From Trypethelium eluteriae (lineage: Eukaryota): 38,335 bases of DNA. The translations under genes were made by a program, and so were the position numbers. Below the pieces are notes generated by a model that had not been told where the DNA came from, made no database searches, and saw only the letters and a program-made list of their open reading frames with translations. Each line of letters opens with the position of its first letter. Within the stretch, counting starts at the first letter, position 1. Positions 35,401 to 38,335 of this stretch are shown piece by piece. Location of the stretch: the NCBI GenBank assembly GCA_051942245.1, contig JAVECL010000187.1:1-38335 (forward strand), in the 5' to 3' direction.

Positions 35401-36306
35401 CATAACGCTCGCAGCATTAGCTTCCACGGCTGTCGACTTCTCCAAAACTGGAATTCAGGTATGTCAATAAACACACCGTGATTCAGATAATTTAGTAAAA
35501 AGATGACTAACACTTGTAAGGCAAATATGACCAAATTGCCCAAATACAGCAGATGCCGACCAGATTTCATGGCACCTGGTCCTCGAGTCAGAATACAAGG
35601 TCGTCTAGAATTTGACATAGAAGATGAAGAAATGGGAAAAGATGACATACTCTCGCAGGAGGATGCCGGATTTAGGTACTATCCGAGCCACAAGGTGTTG
35701 GGAGCGCTATATCGAGCCATTGATGAGCACAAGTTCCTGCAAGAAGTCCGTGACGACGCCCATCAAATCACGACGCTCTTGCCTCATAAGCCACTCATGG
35801 AGAGCCTCTGGAAATATATCAAGCACCACACAATGGTCTTGCAATGGGAACATCTACGGAATTTGGCAGCCGAAATTCGAGAGAGCTACGAGGAAAACCT
35901 CATCGACATGATGCACAAGTACAGCACAGTTCCGCACCAACCCCTTACTGAACTCGAGGTCATCACCGGTATTATCTTCGGACGGAATGAAAGCGGGTAC
36001 AGTAAGCGTCTTCGCGAGATCAACATGCAGATGAAGGAGCAGTATGACAGAGATGTGCAATTCACAATCGGTCGTATCCTCCACGATGGTCGCGATACGC
36101 AAGTACTCAGCGAAGACGCGCTCGCGCTTGCCACGGCCTGCTTCACTATTGCGATGGAGAAGCCTGGACGTATTGCGAGGGGCATTGGCGAGCTGAAAAG
36201 CTTTAGATATATCGCAGCCGCGTTATGTCTCAGCGAGATCAAGAAAGTCCAGCCAGATAAGTCCTTGACGGACATGGTCGGGTCAATGTCTCTCCTGGCT
36301 CTATAG
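32488..36306 (+). CDS. Cellular RNA-dependent RNA polymerase (RNAi), N-terminal RRM-like region; motifs suggest the RRP-3-like rather than the QDE-1 or SAD-1 class; 3 exons
   Basis: Exons 32488-34399, 34452-35458, 35521-36306. Motifs: NRVLRKY, FLGFSHSSLR, SPAKCAARIGQAF, FSDGVG, QIRFG/GAKGM, TRSPAMHPGD, catalytic SGGDLDGD, AVDFSKTG. The subclass call is from recalled motifs and is less certain than the RdRP call. Confidence 0.92.
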
Positions 36307-36586
36307 CCACCACGGGCGGGACACGTTGACCGGCCGTCAGGTATAGATCTGAGCGGTGTTGAAGGAAATAGGTTAAAGGACAGGCAAAGAGTTGCCCGGT
36401 TACAGCTTAAGGATTGGCTCTATGGTATGCTTCCATTTGTGCTAGGGTAGGGAGCTTGGAATGGATGGACGCCAGCTTCAATTCCCTACCCATCTTCTGT
36501 TATCCTCAGAAGCTCAGATTAGATGGTAGGACCCGACAGTAGATAGACTACTTACACTATGAATTCAGCTCATACATTTCCACTCG

Positions 36587-37440
36587 TTACCTCCTCCCTT
36601 CTTCTCCTTCAGGTTCCCTCATATGCATTATCTCATCCACAATCCCAAGGTCCTTCGCCTCCCCTGCACCCATGAAATAATCCCTCTCCATCAACTTCTC
36701 GATCTCGTCCAAGCTATGCTTCTTCGTCAAGTGCCTCTGATAGATACCATTCAGCTGCTGTCGCACCCTCAAAATCTCCTTCGCATGAATCGCGATGTCG
36801 CTCGCTTGCCCAAAATACCCGCCACTGGGCTGGTGCACCATGATGCTGCTATGGGGCAGACTGAATCTCCTCCCGGGACTCCCTCCACAGAGTAAAAGAC
36901 TCCCCATAGATGCGGCTTGCCCAACGCAGATGGTGGTGACGGGCGAGCGGATGTAGGTCATAGTGTCGTAGATGGCAAGGCCAGCCGTGACGGAGCCGCC
37001 AGGGCTGTTGATGTAGAGGGAGATGGGTTTGGATGGGTTGTCAGCTTCAAGGAAGAGGAGCTGAGCGACGATGGAAGCTGAGACGGTTTCGTCAACGCTC
37101 CCGTTCAGGCAGACGATACGTTCTTTGAGTAGACGGGAAAAGATGTCGTCTGAGGTTGTGAAGAGTTAATTTCGGACCTGATCTTCCAATGGGATATGGG
37201 ACTAAAATAAGCATACATGTGTGCCAACCACCTCCCTATCAAGTCAGCAGAGGCAGAATATGGCTGGAAATGTTTTAAGCCTACCACCGTCTCAGTCACG
37301 TAAGGTGTAGGAACCCATGATCGTGCAGGATTACCTCGGTCTCCCGAAGCTCCTGACGATATGGACCTGAGTCCAAAGTACAGTGAGCCTGGTGACCTTA
37401 TTCGAGGCGCTCGACAAGCTCTTAGACTTCTTATAATCAT
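36587..37440 (-). CDS. CLPP: Mitochondrial ATP-dependent Clp protease proteolytic subunit; 3 exons including a 19-nt micro-exon
   Basis: Exons 37440-37285, 37235-37217, 37149-36587. Motifs: [55 protein letters not shown] (catalytic Ser), MVHQP (His), MERDYFM (Asp). Arg/Ser-rich presequence. Confidence 0.93.
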
Positions 37441-37794
37441 GCTGTTGTTGTTGAAGATTGCTAGGTCGAATCCTTACCCAGTGTGGAGCTTTGCAGACGC
37501 GCCGAGACGCGTTTAGCGACAGCCGCGGATGCATTCATCTCGCTCCGCCGTGACAAAGAGTCTCCAAAAGATATATTCTCTCAGATTTAGTCTACGTACT
37601 GATTCCCTGAAACTGAGCGATAACAACAATCGACAAACAATAGATCTCTGGCCAGACCCTCATTTAAGCCTTCCAAGTACAATGCATGGTCCACAGACTA
37701 TTGTATTGCCAATATTATGTCCCTGGCCATTTTCATCTCAGTGCCGCGCAGTTCGGACGTTCGATGATTTCTGCCGTACCATCATAGAAATTCA

Positions 37795-38335
37795 ATGAGA
37801 CTGCGGCAGGCAGCTAAGCATCTGTCGTATGGTCTGCGTACGCATTCTGGCAGAGAGTTCTCAAATACTGCCGCGAAATGGGAGACCAACCCGGCCAGCG
37901 CAACAATCCCGACCGATGCATGCGACACTGAAGCAGAACTTCCAGTCGAGTTTCGAGATGGGAAACCACGTCCAGTCCACAAACGGAGGCATGGCAATTC
38001 ATCGCTGCCCTTACCGCCATTCATGGATCCTTCCATAAAAGCCCAAAAGGAGAGGCACAAGACACCGAAGCCCCTTCCAGGCCCAAAAGAGCGCACTCCT
38101 TTCCAGCAAAAGCTCTACGAAAACCCCTATGGTACGCCCTTTCCCTCCCTCCACCCTTCATCCTCTTTGACTCTACGCTAGCACAAGCCCTCGCAACGCC
38201 CGTCCGCGTCTGCAAAATCACCGACGCCCTCCTTCCCTCCTACTTCTTCCTTGACTTCCACGACATGCTCCCCCCAGCCGACGCACCCGAACCCTCCTCC
38301 CCATCTCCACCTTCTTCCGACTCCAACCCTACACC
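37795..38335 (+). CDS. 5' part of a conserved fungal hypothetical protein (possibly mitochondrial), running off the right edge
   Basis: Exon 37795-38131, intron GTACGC..TAG 38132-38181, then in-frame ...KLYENPY/AQALATPVRVCKITDALLPSYFFLDFH. Basic presequence-like N-terminus. Confidence 0.7.

Overview
Gene-dense, intron-containing genomic DNA from a filamentous ascomycete (GT-AG introns of about 45-70 nt with CTRAY-type branch points). A conserved housekeeping backbone carries an MRM2/FtsJ rRNA methyltransferase, a coiled-coil protein, OST3/6, an SLM1-like PH protein, CHO1, GAR1, threonyl-tRNA synthetase, an RNAi RdRP, ClpP and a partial conserved ORF. Two accessory segments interrupt it. (1) About 6.6-17.2 kb is a three-gene, immunity-like module. 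It has an ankyrin/subtilisin(S8)-family gene that appears to have lost its catalytic domain, an intact intronless 320-aa beta-rich protein of unknown function, and a divergently transcribed NLR-like gene (degenerate alpha/beta-hydrolase - degenerate NACHT - ankyrin array - ZZ finger) with two in-frame TGA stops. It resembles fungal NLR/protease/pore-former cell-death clusters, apparently disarmed in this genome (inference). (2) About 22.8-26.0 kb holds a 181-bp hairpin MITE with TA flanks plus an orphan half copy, which together bracket a single-pass membrane protein gene. The essential ThrRS gene appears to need one GG-AG intron and one GC-AG intron. All gene models were derived by eye; no searches were run.
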